NCBI GenBank assembly: GCA_963674705.1
Contig: OY771506.1
Coordinates: 4,864,001-4,928,000, forward strand
Length of the DNA stretch: 64,000 nucleotides
Reading direction: 5' to 3'
DNA from: Phycisphaeraceae bacterium
Lineage (GTDB): Bacteria; Planctomycetota; Phycisphaerae; Phycisphaerales; Phycisphaeraceae
The notes beneath the pieces were generated by a model that was given only the letters and a program-made list of their open reading frames with translations, was not told where the DNA came from and did not search any database. The position numbers and the translations under genes are program-made. Of this stretch, positions 29,300-40,392 are shown one piece after another (within the stretch, counting starts at the first letter, position 1; each line of letters starts with the position of its first letter).

Positions 29300-29719
29300 A
29301 TGATCGCAAGACCTGAAGACATTTCACTGGACCTGCAAACCCAGTGGCAGGACCACTTCCACATGCGTGACCAGACGTGGAAGGTCCTTCAGTATTCGAT
29401 CCTCTTCTTCCTCGGCGTCGTGGGCCTTGAAATCAAAGGCGTTGATTCAGGCGTACTCATCGCCAGCTACATCGCTGTTTTCTGTACGGGCATGGCCGGC
29501 ACGATCATCGCGATCCATCACCGCTGGCGCGAAAACGAAAAACTCGAGATGATCAAGATCTACGAACGCGAACTCGGCCTGGATGTCCTCATCAAGCCGG
29601 TCCTGGATAAGGCACACAAGAACTTCCTGGGCATGAGCACGACCGCCTACATCGTCGCCATGCAACTTTCCGTCTCAGCTGTGTCACTGATCCTTTTAGT
29701 CAAACGGATCATGGCCTGA
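29300..29719 (+). CDS. Hypothetical small multi-TM protein
   Basis: Three hydrophobic helices. Confidence 0.7.
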   Translation: MIARPEDISLDLQTQWQDHFHMRDQTWKVLQYSILFFLGVVGLEIKGVDSGVLIASYIAVFCTGMAGTIIAIHHRWRENEKLEMIKIYERELGLDVLIKPVLDKAHKNFLGMSTTAYIVAMQLSVSAVSLILLVKRIMA

Positions 29720-29824
29720 GGATGTTTTTGTACATCAAAAAGGCCATGTACATTTTTATAGCAAGCCAATTGGTTTGGCATGTATACTGTTACCAAACAT
29801 CAACCACTCACCGGGTAACTCAAA

Positions 29825-30361
29825 ATGCTCAACAACACACTTCTTAATCGTGCCGCCGGCTTCTTCCTAATCGTTTCCCTCTTCACGCTCGGTTGCGGCG
29901 AAGCCGAGAACCCGGATGTGGTCAAACGCGAGGGTGAGCCGGACTACGTCCGTTCGGTAGATGATGAACAGATGGATCGCGCCGTCACCAAGGCGAGACA
30001 AACATATATGCAACTGGTCGAAGCGCTGGAGGCTGCGTCTCCCAATCACCACAGCTTTACGGTTAAAAAGCCGTTCAGCACCCCGGACGGCGGATGGGAG
30101 CACATGTGGATCAACCCGATCACCTGGGATGGCGAAAAGTTCCTCGGCGAGGTCAACAACGAGCCGGTCGATACGAAAGAGGTCAAGCTCGGTGACATCG
30201 TGACGATAACCCCCGAAGAACTGTCCGACTGGATGTACATCGATGGCAAAACCGTCGTCGGCGGCTACACGCTACGTGTCCTGCATTACCAGATGTCTGC
30301 CGAAGAACAGAAAGCCTTCGAAGAAAGCACGGGCCTCGTCATCCCGCCGGTGGACTTCTAA
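29825..30361 (+). CDS. DUF2314/YegJ-family lipoprotein
   Basis: FTLGC lipobox; MDRAVTKARQT, EHMWI, GEVNNEP, LSDWMY..GGYT. Confidence 0.85.
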   Translation: MLNNTLLNRAAGFFLIVSLFTLGCGEAENPDVVKREGEPDYVRSVDDEQMDRAVTKARQTYMQLVEALEAASPNHHSFTVKKPFSTPDGGWEHMWINPITWDGEKFLGEVNNEPVDTKEVKLGDIVTITPEELSDWMYIDGKTVVGGYTLRVLHYQMSAEEQKAFEESTGLVIPPVDF

Positions 30362-30459
30362 TTTCTGCATGTCGGACCTGCTCGCTCCCCATGCTAGCAG
30401 CGGGCATGCACAGTTAAGACATCGACATAAGACAAGTTAAACACCCAGGGGATACGATT

Positions 30460-30861
30460 ATGAATCGATACGACCGTATCATCATTCTCATTACCAGAAT
30501 ACTGCTCGGACTGTCGTTACTCACGTTTTTTTTAGCCATGCTCTATCCTATGGGAGATGCAAGCAGACCGTTCGAAGGTTCTCAGGTCTACCCCGACGGC
30601 ACGATCAATCGAAAGAACTTCGAATTTCTATCGGGTGATCTGGAGTATGACAAGTTCATGTTAGAGGATAGACTCAACAGGTTGGAGTACGAGACACATA
30701 TAATTGCCAATATTAAGCACCTGTACGAGAATTCGGCGAATATCTTTTTGGTGTCATGGGTACTACTCTTCTCCGTGTTCTTGTTACAGGTGTTAGCGGT
30801 TCCCAAATACTGCATAATCAAACGCATATCGGTCAATACCTCCCCAGCCCCATCCACATAA
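30460..30861 (+). CDS. Hypothetical 2-TM protein (low GC)
   Basis: Two TM helices; AT-richer codons. Confidence 0.55.
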   Translation: MNRYDRIIILITRILLGLSLLTFFLAMLYPMGDASRPFEGSQVYPDGTINRKNFEFLSGDLEYDKFMLEDRLNRLEYETHIIANIKHLYENSANIFLVSWVLLFSVFLLQVLAVPKYCIIKRISVNTSPAPST

Positions 30862-31036
30862 GAAAATTGGATGCGCCCCATCTTCGCAGGATTACGGGAG
30901 CGTAATCCATATCAATACGACTTGGCCCCCGCCCCCGCGGCGCGCTACACTATAGGCAGCGCGTCCGCCGTATCCATCTGACTTTCAGGACGCCGAATCA
31001 CTTCTTCTTTTTCATTTCTATCGAAAGGAGCCGAAC

Positions 31037-31462
31037 ATGAGCTTGGTAGCGCAACGTGAACAGGTCTGGGTCGCGCCGATCGATGATGCCCCCGGCGGGC
31101 TATATGAAAAACTCACCGCCTTGGCGCAGGTTGGGGTAAACCTGACATTTGTGATCGCCCGACGGGCCGACAACGATCCGGGCAAGGGTGTCGTGTTCGT
31201 CACGCCGATCACGGGTGATCGACAAAGGCAAGCGGCAACGGAGGCCGGTTTCCACGCCAGCTCGACCATGCACGCCGTGCGTGTCGAAGGCGCGGACCGT
31301 GCCGGGCTTGGCGAGGTCATTACACAGAAACTCGCCGATGCCGGGCTCAACCTGCGCGGCCTGTCGGCGGCCTCGATCGATGGCAAGTGCGTCATGCACC
31401 TGGCATTGGATACCGAAGCCGACGCCGCCAAAGCGCTCGACCTGATGCAGCACGTGCGATAG
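31037..31462 (+). CDS. Tandem ACT-domain protein
   Basis: DDAPGGL..L..GVNL and DRAGLG..LADAGLNL; AAGGAG RBS. Confidence 0.85.
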   Translation: MSLVAQREQVWVAPIDDAPGGLYEKLTALAQVGVNLTFVIARRADNDPGKGVVFVTPITGDRQRQAATEAGFHASSTMHAVRVEGADRAGLGEVITQKLADAGLNLRGLSAASIDGKCVMHLALDTEADAAKALDLMQHVR

Positions 31463-31653
31463 GGATCGGGTATCGGATGTTGAGAGACGACGTCTCAGGC
31501 TCATCTTGCAGATTCGGACCCGTTCAACTGCAAGTACACTCATTCCACACAATAGACCACAGGGCCTAGCCCATGTGATATATACTTGTGCACGCCATTG
31601 GTGTGATGTGGCACATTCAACTTAACGTTAGTCACAGACAAACCGGAAACACT

Positions 31654-32694
31654 ATGTACATTACCAAGCCTGCCAAGCCCTGCTTTTCAGCGAACAAGTT
31701 CGGCGTCACCCACCTTATCCTGCTAATCTGTCTGACCATGTGCGCCACCCCGCAAAACGCTACCGCCTCCGAACCCGATTCTCAATCCGAACCCATCGTC
31801 GGCATGTGGGTCTGGAAGGATCAATGGATCAACACCAACGCTGAACAGGATCGGCTCATCGCGTTCTGCAAGCAGTACAACATCAACCGCCTGCTGCTGA
31901 ACGTCCATTACGATGTGGATGAATCGCACGGGTACCAGCCGACCATCCGATACCCCAAAGAACTGACGCGCATCCTCTCTCTAGCGCGCGACACCGGCAT
32001 CAAGATCGAAGCCCTCGACAGCAGCCAGAACATCGGCCCGGAAGATCAGGCCAAACTCATGGCCAGGCTCGACACGCTCATTGCGTTCAACAACACGCTA
32101 CCCGATAACGCCCGTTTCGTCGGCATCCACTACGACATCGAGCCACAGGTCACCAAGCCTTTCAAAGCGTCTTACGAATCGCGCATCATCGTCATGCGTG
32201 ACATGCTCACGTTCTTTGCCGGCGTCAACGCGAAGCTGCGGCATGATGCGCCCGACATGACGCTCGCCTGCGACATCGCCATGTGGCTCGACGTGCGCAC
32301 CGAAGGCGAACGCAGTTGCATGGTCGAGTTCCTCGGCCAGACCAAAAACCTCCAGGCACACATCCAGGACCTCACCGACTACATCGGCGTCATGTCCTAC
32401 CGACGATTCGCCACCGGTGAAAACTCCGTCACCTATCACATCAAGACTGAAGTCGATTACGCCAACAAGATCGGCCGCGGCGTCTGCGCCGGCGTCGAGA
32501 CCGGCAAGAAAACCGCCGATCCCTCCGAAACCAGCACGATCTCTTTCTACGGCCTCCCCTCAAATGTCTTCTGGGATGAAGTCAACAAGATCCACGAAAC
32601 CTATCAAGGCCAAAGCGGTTACCACGGCGTACTCATCCACTGCTACGGCCGCTTCCAGGAATACCTCGAAGACAACCCACCGAAACAAAATTAA
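31654..32694 (+). CDS. Secreted TIM-barrel glycosidase-like hypothetical protein
   Basis: Signal-like N-terminus; GMWVW, GIHYDIEP, VMSYR, GVET. Confidence 0.65.
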   Translation: MYITKPAKPCFSANKFGVTHLILLICLTMCATPQNATASEPDSQSEPIVGMWVWKDQWINTNAEQDRLIAFCKQYNINRLLLNVHYDVDESHGYQPTIRYPKELTRILSLARDTGIKIEALDSSQNIGPEDQAKLMARLDTLIAFNNTLPDNARFVGIHYDIEPQVTKPFKASYESRIIVMRDMLTFFAGVNAKLRHDAPDMTLACDIAMWLDVRTEGERSCMVEFLGQTKNLQAHIQDLTDYIGVMSYRRFATGENSVTYHIKTEVDYANKIGRGVCAGVETGKKTADPSETSTISFYGLPSNVFWDEVNKIHETYQGQSGYHGVLIHCYGRFQEYLEDNPPKQN

Positions 32695-32884
32695 AACATC
32701 AAACAATACCCTGAGCATATAACCAGAACTGCCACCTACTGCTGTTCTGCGCGCAGCGGTCTGCATGCAGATAGGCCCATCTCCAGATACTCGGGTTAAC
32801 CTGATTAATCCCGGACATACGTCCGTATATCCTGCAATATCAAGCAAAACAACATGATAAAGCGGATACGGACTTACCCGCGAG

Positions 32885-32912
32885 TCAATTTAACGCCAAT
32901 CTGTGTCGATAA
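32885..32912 (+). promoter_or_regulatory. Sigma28 (FliA/SigD)-like promoter of the MCP gene
   Basis: TCAA-N16-GTCGATAA versus consensus TAAA-N15/16-GCCGATAA, about 125 nt upstream of a chemoreceptor. Confidence 0.55.
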
Positions 32913-33038
32913 ACAAACCAGAAAATACTAATTGCATACGGACTGTACCACGCTCGTTGTGTCCGTGAAGTTTCAATCTAGATCCAGGAACGGCTCTGTA
33001 GTGCTACCGGAATCGGATCACTTGAAGTAGGGAGTACC

Positions 33039-34955
33039 ATGAAGTTCCACCTGAAAACACGTGGTCGTCTTATCGCCATCATCAGCCCTTTACTCTTAGC
33101 CGCCTGTTCGATAGTCGCTGCGACAGCATACTTCAACGCCGCAAACGCTCTGACTGATAACGCGGGGATGAGCCTGACACTCGTTGCCGAGCAGAGCGCC
33201 TCGATCATCGAGACCGAAGTTGAATTGCAGATAGTTGCTATCGAAGGCATCGCTCACCAAGCCACGATCCAAAGCATGGACATGGATCGCTGCATCCCCG
33301 TGCTGGAGAAGGAAACCGCTCGCATGGGTTACCTGGGCATGGGCATCGTCACACCCGACTACGTCGCCCATTACCCCGACGGCAGCACCACCGATCTCAC
33401 CGGCCGTGACTACGTCAAGAAAGCGTTTGCCGGTGAAACCAATCTCTCAGACGTCATCATCAGCCGCAAGATCAACGCGCCCGTCATGATGGCCGCAGCC
33501 CCTATACATGACGGCGACAAAATCGTCGGCGTGCTGATCGGCCGCCTGCCCGGTTCCGTGCTCAGCGATATCACCGCCAATATCCGATACGGCGACGGTG
33601 GCTACGCCTACGCTATCGACGGAAAAGGCACGCTGATCGCTCATGACAACATCGACCTCGTCATGGATCAACGCAACTTCATCGAAGAAGGTAAAACCGA
33701 TGAAAAGTACGCAATGCTCGGTGGCATGATGCAGAAGATGACCGAAGGCAAGAGCGGCTTTGAACAGTACTGGTTCTCCGGCAGCGATCGCTTCTTCGGT
33801 TACGCGCCGATCCACGGCACCGACTGGTCCATCGCCGTCGGCGCCGAACGCGACCAGGTTCTCGCACGTCAGAAGCAACTGCTCTGGCAGGTCAGCGGCA
33901 TCACCGCACTGATCGTCGGCATCGGCGTCGTCGTCATCTGGCTCGCCGCCATGGGTATCACACGCCCCATCGCACGCATGGTCGAACGCTTCAAAGACAT
34001 CGCCGAGGGTGAAGGCGACCTGACCCAACGCGTCGACGAGTCACGCAAGGATGAAATCGGCGAACTCGGCAAGTGGTTCAACCGCTTCCTCGGACAGATC
34101 CACGATACCGTCTCCGAGGTCTCGCAATCCAGCAGCGAAGTCGCCTCCGCCGCCACGGAAATCGCCGCATCCTGCGAGGAGATGGCCGCGTCCATCGCCG
34201 AACAGTCCGAGCAGGTCCGCCAGATGTCCGAAGCCATCGATAACGTGTCCGAATCGATCACAGGCGTGGCGAATCAATCCGAGGAAGGTGTACGCCAGGC
34301 ACAGGAAGCCGGCCACGTCGCCGAAGAAGGCGGCCAGGTTGTCTCCCGCACCATCGAAGACATGAACCTGATCAGCGAGGCCGTCGCCAGTTCCGCCGCC
34401 AGCGTCGCCGAACTCGGTGAACGCGGCAAGCAGATCGGCCAGATCATCGAGGTCATCAACGACATCGCCGACCAGACCAACCTTCTCGCGCTCAACGCCG
34501 CCATCGAAGCCGCACGCGCCGGAGAGCACGGCCGAGGCTTCGCCGTCGTCGCCGACGAGGTCCGCAAACTCGCCGACCGCACGACCAAGGCGACCGAAGA
34601 AATCGGCGAGTCCATCTCCGCCATCCAGTCCGGCACCGATCAGGCCGTCGAGAAGATGAACTCGGGCACGGAACAGGTCGCCCGTGGTACGGAACAGGCA
34701 TCCCAGGCCGGTGAAAGCCTCAGCAAGATCGTGACGTCCGCCGATGCCGTCCGCGATGTCATCCAGAACATCGCCGGCGCCATGCAGCAACAGGCCGCCG
34801 CCAGCGAAGAGCTGTCCCGCAACATCGAGACGATTTCCTCCGCCGGCCAGCAGGCAACCCAAGGCACGAACCAGGCCGCCGAGGCTGCATCGCATCTGTC
34901 CGAAAAGGCAGAGCAACTTCGCCGCATCGTCGGCCGCTTCAAAATCGCGGCTTAA
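33039..34955 (+). CDS. Methyl-accepting chemotaxis protein (dCache-HAMP-MA)
   Basis: Two TMs, Cache motif [55 protein letters not shown]. Confidence 0.97.
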   Translation: MKFHLKTRGRLIAIISPLLLAACSIVAATAYFNAANALTDNAGMSLTLVAEQSASIIETEVELQIVAIEGIAHQATIQSMDMDRCIPVLEKETARMGYLGMGIVTPDYVAHYPDGSTTDLTGRDYVKKAFAGETNLSDVIISRKINAPVMMAAAPIHDGDKIVGVLIGRLPGSVLSDITANIRYGDGGYAYAIDGKGTLIAHDNIDLVMDQRNFIEEGKTDEKYAMLGGMMQKMTEGKSGFEQYWFSGSDRFFGYAPIHGTDWSIAVGAERDQVLARQKQLLWQVSGITALIVGIGVVVIWLAAMGITRPIARMVERFKDIAEGEGDLTQRVDESRKDEIGELGKWFNRFLGQIHDTVSEVSQSSSEVASAATEIAASCEEMAASIAEQSEQVRQMSEAIDNVSESITGVANQSEEGVRQAQEAGHVAEEGGQVVSRTIEDMNLISEAVASSAASVAELGERGKQIGQIIEVINDIADQTNLLALNAAIEAARAGEHGRGFAVVADEVRKLADRTTKATEEIGESISAIQSGTDQAVEKMNSGTEQVARGTEQASQAGESLSKIVTSADAVRDVIQNIAGAMQQQAAASEELSRNIETISSAGQQATQGTNQAAEAASHLSEKAEQLRRIVGRFKIAA

Positions 34956-34994
34956 CCAATAATCCTCAACACAACCACAAACTCGACACAAACC

Positions 34995-35040
34995 AGCTCC
35001 GCATCACTGATTGTTCTTTTCAGTCATGCGGGGCTTTTTT
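34995..35040 (+). terminator. Rho-independent terminator
   Basis: AGCTCCGCATCACTGA/TCAGTCATGCGGGGCT stem followed by a T-run. Confidence 0.75.
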
Positions 35041-35144
35041 CATACCCGCTAACGCCTTGATATGACGTCGCTTCTGTCCCCACTTAACCCTCCACCATAT
35101 TGTGCCGATAACGTTGCAGCGATACCCGCTGCCGGAGAATTTCC

Positions 35145-35348
35145 ATGGACCCCACCATGATCATGCTTTCGATGCTGTTCGGTTCGATCGGGATGGGTAT
35201 GTTCATTTTTGGAAAGAAACAAGGCCGACCGGTCCCCCTCTTCGCCGGCCTGCTGCTGATGGTCATCCCCTACATCATCCCCAACACCATCGCGATGTCC
35301 TGCGTCGCCGTCCTCTTAACCGTCGCCCCCTTCTTCATCGCGATCTGA
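35145..35348 (+). CDS. Small conserved-type membrane protein
   Basis: 67 aa; LFGSIGMGMFIFGKKQ..GLLLMVIPY; GGAG upstream. Confidence 0.75.
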   Translation: MDPTMIMLSMLFGSIGMGMFIFGKKQGRPVPLFAGLLLMVIPYIIPNTIAMSCVAVLLTVAPFFIAI

Positions 35349-35366
35349 TTTAAACAATCCCCCAAA

Positions 35367-35515
35367 GCTGCTTGTGGCTTAGCGCTTCCCCCCCAACGCC
35401 GGTCCTGAGCGCAGCGAAGGTCCGGGTATCAGAATACGCAATCTCAATTCGCTAATCTCTAATCGCTACCCCCACTCCACACATTAGCGATTAACGATTA
35501 AATATTAACAGTCCC
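35367..35515. repeat. Composite intergenic repeat element, copy 3
   Basis: GCTAAGC palindrome variant, core at 35393-35430, TAATCTC/TAATCGC array and inverse GATTAAC array, as at 5950-6050. Confidence 0.85.
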
Positions 35516-35552
35516 CGTGCATTCCATCCCGCTGGCATTTACCATACCCATC

Positions 35553-36704
35553 ATGAACCATCGCCAGCGCTTCCTTAACACGATGCACTACCAGCCGGTC
35601 GATCGCGCCCCGCTATACGACTTCAACTTCTGGGATGAAACCCTTCCGCTCTGGCACGAGCAGGGTCTGCCCAAATCCATCAATCAACAAAACGCCTACG
35701 AATTCTTTGGCCTCGACGCGTCTCTCGGCGGCGGAGAACCACCCAACTGGAACGGCGGTATCAGGCACACGCTTTTCCCGCTGTTTCCCATCGAGGTCCT
35801 CGAAGATAAAGGCCAAACGCAAATCATCCGCGATGAGATCGGCGTCATCGTCGAAACCGCAAAAGAAGGCTGCCTTTCCATCCCCAAACACATCGGCCAC
35901 ACGCTCGTCGACCGCGACACCTGGCGCAAACACTACAAACCCCGGCTTGATCCCGACACACCCGGCCGCATGCCCGTCAATCTGGATCAACACGCCAACC
36001 TCTGGGCAGACCCCAACCGCGAACACCCGATCTTCCAAGGCATCGGCTCGCTCTACGGCTACATCCGCAACTGGATGGGCCTGGAGAACGTCGCCATGGT
36101 CCCCTATGACGATCCCGCATGGTTCGAGGAAATGGTCACAACACTCGCGGACTTACAGATCGGCCTGCTCGAAAAATGCTTTGCGCTCGGCGCGAAGTTC
36201 GATGCCTGCCACTTCTGGGAAGACATGTGCTTCAACGCCGGCCCCATGCTCACGCCCGAACACTTCAAGCAGTTCCTCGTCCCACAATACAAACGTATCA
36301 CCAGTCTGCTCAACGCTAACGGCTGCGACATCGTCTGGGTCGACTGCGACGGCCTGATCGATCACCTCTTGCCCCTCTGGCTCGAAGCAGGCGTCAACTG
36401 CATGTTCCCCATCGAAGTCGGCACGTGGAACGCCGACCCCATCGCCTACCGCAAACAGTACGGCAAGGACCTGCTGCTCATGGGCGGCTACAACAAACGC
36501 ATCCTCGCACAATCCAAAGATGCGATCTCTCAAGAAATCAATCGCCTCACCCCGCTTATCGAACAAGGCGGCTTCATCGGCTTCTGCGACCACCGCGTCC
36601 CCCCCGATGTCCCCTTGGAAAACTACCTGCACTACTGCCACGAAGTAAGAAAACACTGGGGAAACAACACCGATTTACCAACCATGCACGCCATGGATTC
36701 CTGA
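35553..36704 (+). CDS. URO-D-like family protein
   Basis: MNHRQRF..YQPVDR, RNWMGLE, WEDM, VDCDG, FPIEV, GGFIGFCDHRVPPDV. Confidence 0.85.
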   Translation: MNHRQRFLNTMHYQPVDRAPLYDFNFWDETLPLWHEQGLPKSINQQNAYEFFGLDASLGGGEPPNWNGGIRHTLFPLFPIEVLEDKGQTQIIRDEIGVIVETAKEGCLSIPKHIGHTLVDRDTWRKHYKPRLDPDTPGRMPVNLDQHANLWADPNREHPIFQGIGSLYGYIRNWMGLENVAMVPYDDPAWFEEMVTTLADLQIGLLEKCFALGAKFDACHFWEDMCFNAGPMLTPEHFKQFLVPQYKRITSLLNANGCDIVWVDCDGLIDHLLPLWLEAGVNCMFPIEVGTWNADPIAYRKQYGKDLLLMGGYNKRILAQSKDAISQEINRLTPLIEQGGFIGFCDHRVPPDVPLENYLHYCHEVRKHWGNNTDLPTMHAMDS

Positions 36705-36846
36705 CGCATACTCCCTCTCCCCCCGGGAGAGGGCCGGGGTGAGGGCCGGATGAAGCTTCATCTACCAACAAATCAAGGTCGCTAATCTCCACAAAACACC
36801 TATAAATATAGGCCGCTTGCGGCTTAGCGAAACATAAACCTAACCC

Positions 36847-37689
36847 ATGCCAATCACCGCCACCAACTTCAAACGTATCTACGACCCGTCCATCGGTGAA
36901 GATCAACCCTGGTACATCAACGACCACTGCTTCATGCAGGACGACGCCGGGCTCTGGCACCTTTTCGGTATCACGCATGCCGAACCCGCTTCGCCGCTGG
37001 ATGAAAAGCACTTCGCGCACGCAACCAGCAACGACCTCTGGGCCGAGCAATGGGACAAACAGCCGCCGGTCTTACACGCAGATGAAAACCTCGGCGAAAC
37101 CCACGTCTGGGCGCCGCACATCATCAGGCACGACAATCAATACTGGATGTTCTACTGCGCAGGCGGCGACGACCACACACGCTACCGCATCCACCTCGCC
37201 ACTTCCCCCGACCTCTGGCAATGGACCCGACACGCAATAAACCCTTTGATTACCGATGGTTTTGATGCACGCGACCCGATGGTGCTGCACGTCGGCAGCG
37301 AATGGATCATGTACTACACCGCCACCCGACCCGCGACAGGCGGCGTCCACGTCGTGCTCGCCACACGCAGTAGCGACCTCATCCAATGGTCGAATCCCAT
37401 CGTCGTTTTCGAAAGCAACAAGTCCGGCACGTTCGGCGGGCCGACCGAATCACCGTTCGTCATCCATCACAACAACCGCTACTACCTTGGCATGTGTCTT
37501 GGTGAACCCTACGCTTGCACCGCGTTCTACCAAAGCGATGATCCGATGCATTGGGATATCCGTAACGAAGTCGGCCGCGTCCCCGCACACGCCGCCGAAG
37601 TCATCGCCCTGCCCGATCACAAGTACGCCGTCTCCCACTGCGGCTGGGGCCAGGGCGGTGTCTACCTCGCCGAAATGTTGATCGACTGA
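36847..37689 (+). CDS. Five-bladed beta-propeller glycoside hydrolase (GH32/GH43-like)
   Basis: YINDH, WAPH, ARDP, TESP motifs. Confidence 0.8.
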   Translation: MPITATNFKRIYDPSIGEDQPWYINDHCFMQDDAGLWHLFGITHAEPASPLDEKHFAHATSNDLWAEQWDKQPPVLHADENLGETHVWAPHIIRHDNQYWMFYCAGGDDHTRYRIHLATSPDLWQWTRHAINPLITDGFDARDPMVLHVGSEWIMYYTATRPATGGVHVVLATRSSDLIQWSNPIVVFESNKSGTFGGPTESPFVIHHNNRYYLGMCLGEPYACTAFYQSDDPMHWDIRNEVGRVPAHAAEVIALPDHKYAVSHCGWGQGGVYLAEMLID

Positions 37690-37865
37690 TGCCTGGATCT
37701 ATCTGCCTGCCGGGATCATGCGCACATCATGAAACTTGCCCTGCCGACAAAGACATCAATACCGCCATCATGCGCACACCCACCGATCGCGACAGCACTG
37801 TGCGCACCGATAGTGGTGGATAACCGACCTATCGTGATTTAAGAATTTGACAATGACGCTGTAAT

Positions 37866-38471
37866 CTAGCAGCCTACTTTTCGGCGTCGTTTCAACTCAT
37901 CAGAGATCGCCTGGACCGCCTCGTCGACAGCCTGCTCGAGCTTGTCGTTGACGATGAACTTGTCGTACACACCGCACTCCCGCGCCCGCGCGATCTCGTG
38001 CTTGGCCTTGGCGAAACGGCCGCGGATCGTCTGCTCATCCTCTCGCTGCCGACAACGCAACCGATGCAGCAGCGCATCTTCGCTCGGCGGATCGATGAAC
38101 AGCGCGAAGCAGTCCGGCATGTTCTGCTTGATCTGCACCGCACCTTCAACATCGATCTCAAGGATCACGATCCGGCCCTGCGCCAGAAACTCTTCAACTG
38201 GTCGGCGCGGTGTGCCGTAGTAGTTGCCGAACACTTCCGCCCATTCCAGCAGGTTGCCCGCATCACGCTGGCGTTTGAACTCGGCGACGTCCACGAAGTA
38301 GTAGTCAACGCCTTCGGTATCTTCAGCGGTGATCGGGCGCGTCGTCAACGACACACTGAACGCGGCGTTGACACGTGTGCGGACGTGATGCGTGATCGTG
38401 GTCTTCCCCACCCCGGACGGACCAGAGATAATCAGCAACAAACCCGGGCGAGAATCATCGGTGTTTTCCAT
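37866..38471 (-). CDS. gmk: Guanylate kinase
   Basis: ISGPSGVGKTT, SVSLTTR, EWAEVFGNYYGTP, LEIDVEGA. Confidence 0.96.
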   Translation of the reverse strand: MENTDDSRPGLLLIISGPSGVGKTTITHHVRTRVNAAFSVSLTTRPITAEDTEGVDYYFVDVAEFKRQRDAGNLLEWAEVFGNYYGTPRRPVEEFLAQGRIVILEIDVEGAVQIKQNMPDCFALFIDPPSEDALLHRLRCRQREDEQTIRGRFAKAKHEIARARECGVYDKFIVNDKLEQAVDEAVQAISDELKRRRKVGC

Positions 38472-38501
38472 CCGAAAGTTATACCAGAGAGTAGAAGGAT
38501 T

Positions 38502-38609
38502 GAAAAACTAGAAAACTGGAAAACTAGAAAACTGGAAATGAAAACAAAGACAGGTATGCAGCACGCTGCCTTTATTTCCAGCTTTCTAGCTTTCCAGTTT
38601 TCCAGATTT
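38502..38609. repeat. Inverted octamer-array element (GAAAACTG/TTTCCAGC family)
   Basis: GAAAACT(A/G) x4 ...AAAGACAGG...CTTTATTTCCAGCTTTCTAGCTTTCCAGTTTTCCAG. Confidence 0.8.
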
Positions 38610-38611
38610 AC

Positions 38612-39574
38612 TTACCCCGCCGGCGCTCCACTGACAAGGAACAGCGCCGCCATCCGCACGCTCAGGCCGTTGGCGACCTGCTGGAGGATGGCGGAGTTCG
38701 GGCCGTCGGCGACGGCGGATTCGATCTCCAGGCCGCGGTTCATCGGGCCCGGGTGCATGACCAGAACGTCGGGCTTAGCTTTGGCCATGCGCTTCGTGGT
38801 CAGGCCGAACTGTGCGGTGTATTCACGCATGCTCGGGAATGCCTGGCTGGTCAGCCGCTCGAACTGGATCCGCAGCATGTTGATCACATCGACGCGCGGC
38901 AGCACATCTTCAAGATTGTTCGATACTTCACAACCGAGGTCGGTAAACGCGCCGGGTACGAGCGTCGGCGGGCCGACGAGGATCACCTTTGCGCCCAGTT
39001 TTAACAGGCCATATACGTTCGAACGTGCGACGCGGCTGTGAGCGATGTCGCCGACGATCGCGACGGTTAAACCGCTGAAGTCAAAGCCATCGGTTCGCTC
39101 TTTACGCTTCGCGATCGTAAGCATGTCGAGCAGGCCCTGCGTCGGGTGCTCGTGTTGGCCGTCGCCTGCATTGACGACAGAACACTTCACCGACCGTGCA
39201 AGGTGTACCGCTGCGCCGCTGTGATGATGGCGACAGACGATCACATCGATGCCCATCGCTTCGATGTTGCGTGCGGTGTCGACGAGTGTTTCGCCCTTGG
39301 ATACGCTCGAACCTTTGCCCGCCATTTCCAACACATCGGCGGACAATCGGCTCGCCGCAAGGTGGAAGCTTGCGCGTGTTCGGGTTGAGTCTTCGAAGAA
39401 GAGATTGACGACGACCTTGCCGCGCAGTGCGGGCACTTTCTTCACGCTGCGTGTGGAGACGCCTTCAAAGCCTAACGCGGTGGTCAACAGGAAACGAATG
39501 TCTTCGGCCGAGAGGTCCTCCAGGCCAAGCAAGTGATGATGTGGCCAGTGATACTCCGACTTCGACTCGGCCAA
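38612..39574 (-). CDS. pyrB: Aspartate carbamoyltransferase catalytic subunit
   Basis: FFEDSTRTRASF, NAGDGQHEHPTQ, HSRVARS, MHPGPMNRG. Confidence 0.97.
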   Translation of the reverse strand: MAESKSEYHWPHHHLLGLEDLSAEDIRFLLTTALGFEGVSTRSVKKVPALRGKVVVNLFFEDSTRTRASFHLAASRLSADVLEMAGKGSSVSKGETLVDTARNIEAMGIDVIVCRHHHSGAAVHLARSVKCSVVNAGDGQHEHPTQGLLDMLTIAKRKERTDGFDFSGLTVAIVGDIAHSRVARSNVYGLLKLGAKVILVGPPTLVPGAFTDLGCEVSNNLEDVLPRVDVINMLRIQFERLTSQAFPSMREYTAQFGLTTKRMAKAKPDVLVMHPGPMNRGLEIESAVADGPNSAILQQVANGLSVRMAALFLVSGAPAG

Positions 39575-39576
39575 CG

Positions 39577-40146
39577 TCAGGCCCTTTCTTGTTCGTGTTC
39601 GTTATAAACCACGACCGCGTCCTGCTCGTCGGTCGGCTTGACCATGACTTGCACCTTCGCCCCGGGCTGCGGTGCATCCGACGAGCCTGCGGTCATATCC
39701 ATTGCAACAAAGTCCGGCGCGATAGGCAGCTCGCGTCCGCCGCGGTCGACCAGCACCGCCAGCCAGACGCGCCGCGGCCGGCCAAGGTCCATCAGCGACT
39801 GCAGCGCCGCGCGGATCGATCGGCCGGTCATCAACACATCGTCGACCAGCACGACGTTCAGGCCGTCGATCGCGAAGTCGATCTCGGTCGTGCGGACCAC
39901 CGCCTGCGAGCCGATCTCAGATAAGTCATCCCGGTAAAGCGTGATATCCAGCGTGCCGACCCGGCCCTGGAACTTGTCCGGCCCGAGCTTTTCGGCGATC
40001 CGTTGGGCCAGGACATCGCCCCGGCTACGCACGCCGACGAGCGCCCACTCGCCCGCGGCGGGGTCGGCATCCATCACCGCCTTGATCCGATCGCAAAGCG
40101 ACTCGATCAGTTGCTGGAATCGTTCATTTTCGGCGATCACACGCAT
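39577..40146 (-). CDS. pyrR: Pyrimidine operon regulator / uracil PRTase
   Basis: LDITLYRDDL, LVDDVLMTGRSIRAAL, LVDRGGRELPI; the upstream ORF extension is translated repeat. Confidence 0.93.
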   Translation of the reverse strand: MRVIAENERFQQLIESLCDRIKAVMDADPAAGEWALVGVRSRGDVLAQRIAEKLGPDKFQGRVGTLDITLYRDDLSEIGSQAVVRTTEIDFAIDGLNVVLVDDVLMTGRSIRAALQSLMDLGRPRRVWLAVLVDRGGRELPIAPDFVAMDMTAGSSDAPQPGAKVQVMVKPTDEQDAVVVYNEHEQERA

Positions 40147-40211
40147 GGTCGGCATGTTAGCGGAGTGCGGGGTGTTTTGCCAGTGGGCGGATTGGGGGCT
40201 TGAGAAAAGAG

Positions 40212-40317
40212 AATTAGCCACGGATGAACACAGATGAACACAGATGAACACTGATAAGAATTGAGATATTCAGGCCGGGCCTGCATCCGTGTTTATCTGT
40301 GTTCATCCGTGGCTTAA
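40212..40317. repeat. Inverted decamer-array hairpin, copy 2
   Basis: TTAGCCACGGATGAACACAGATGAACACAGATGAACAC...ATCCGTGTTTATCTGTGTTCATCCGTGGCT. Confidence 0.9.
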
Positions 40318-40392
40318 TCCAGGAGATCTGCGCGAAGCCGCGAGCGGCAATATTTGTTTAGCTATGTTGTCGTTAATTAAGGCAAGTGTTCA

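Noticed and set aside
29300..29719. Anti-phage membrane effector
   Set aside because: A small multi-TM shape alone is not diagnostic and no sensor or defence partner is adjacent.
23294..31000. Integron cassette array
   Set aside because: The 42-bp repeat lacks proper RYYYAAC/GTTRRRY ends, does not follow every gene, the genes lie on both strands, and no tyrosine integrase is present.
40147..40330. PyrR-binding attenuator upstream of pyrR
   Set aside because: No AGUCCAGAGAGGC-like loop was seen; the hairpin present is the dispersed decamer repeat.
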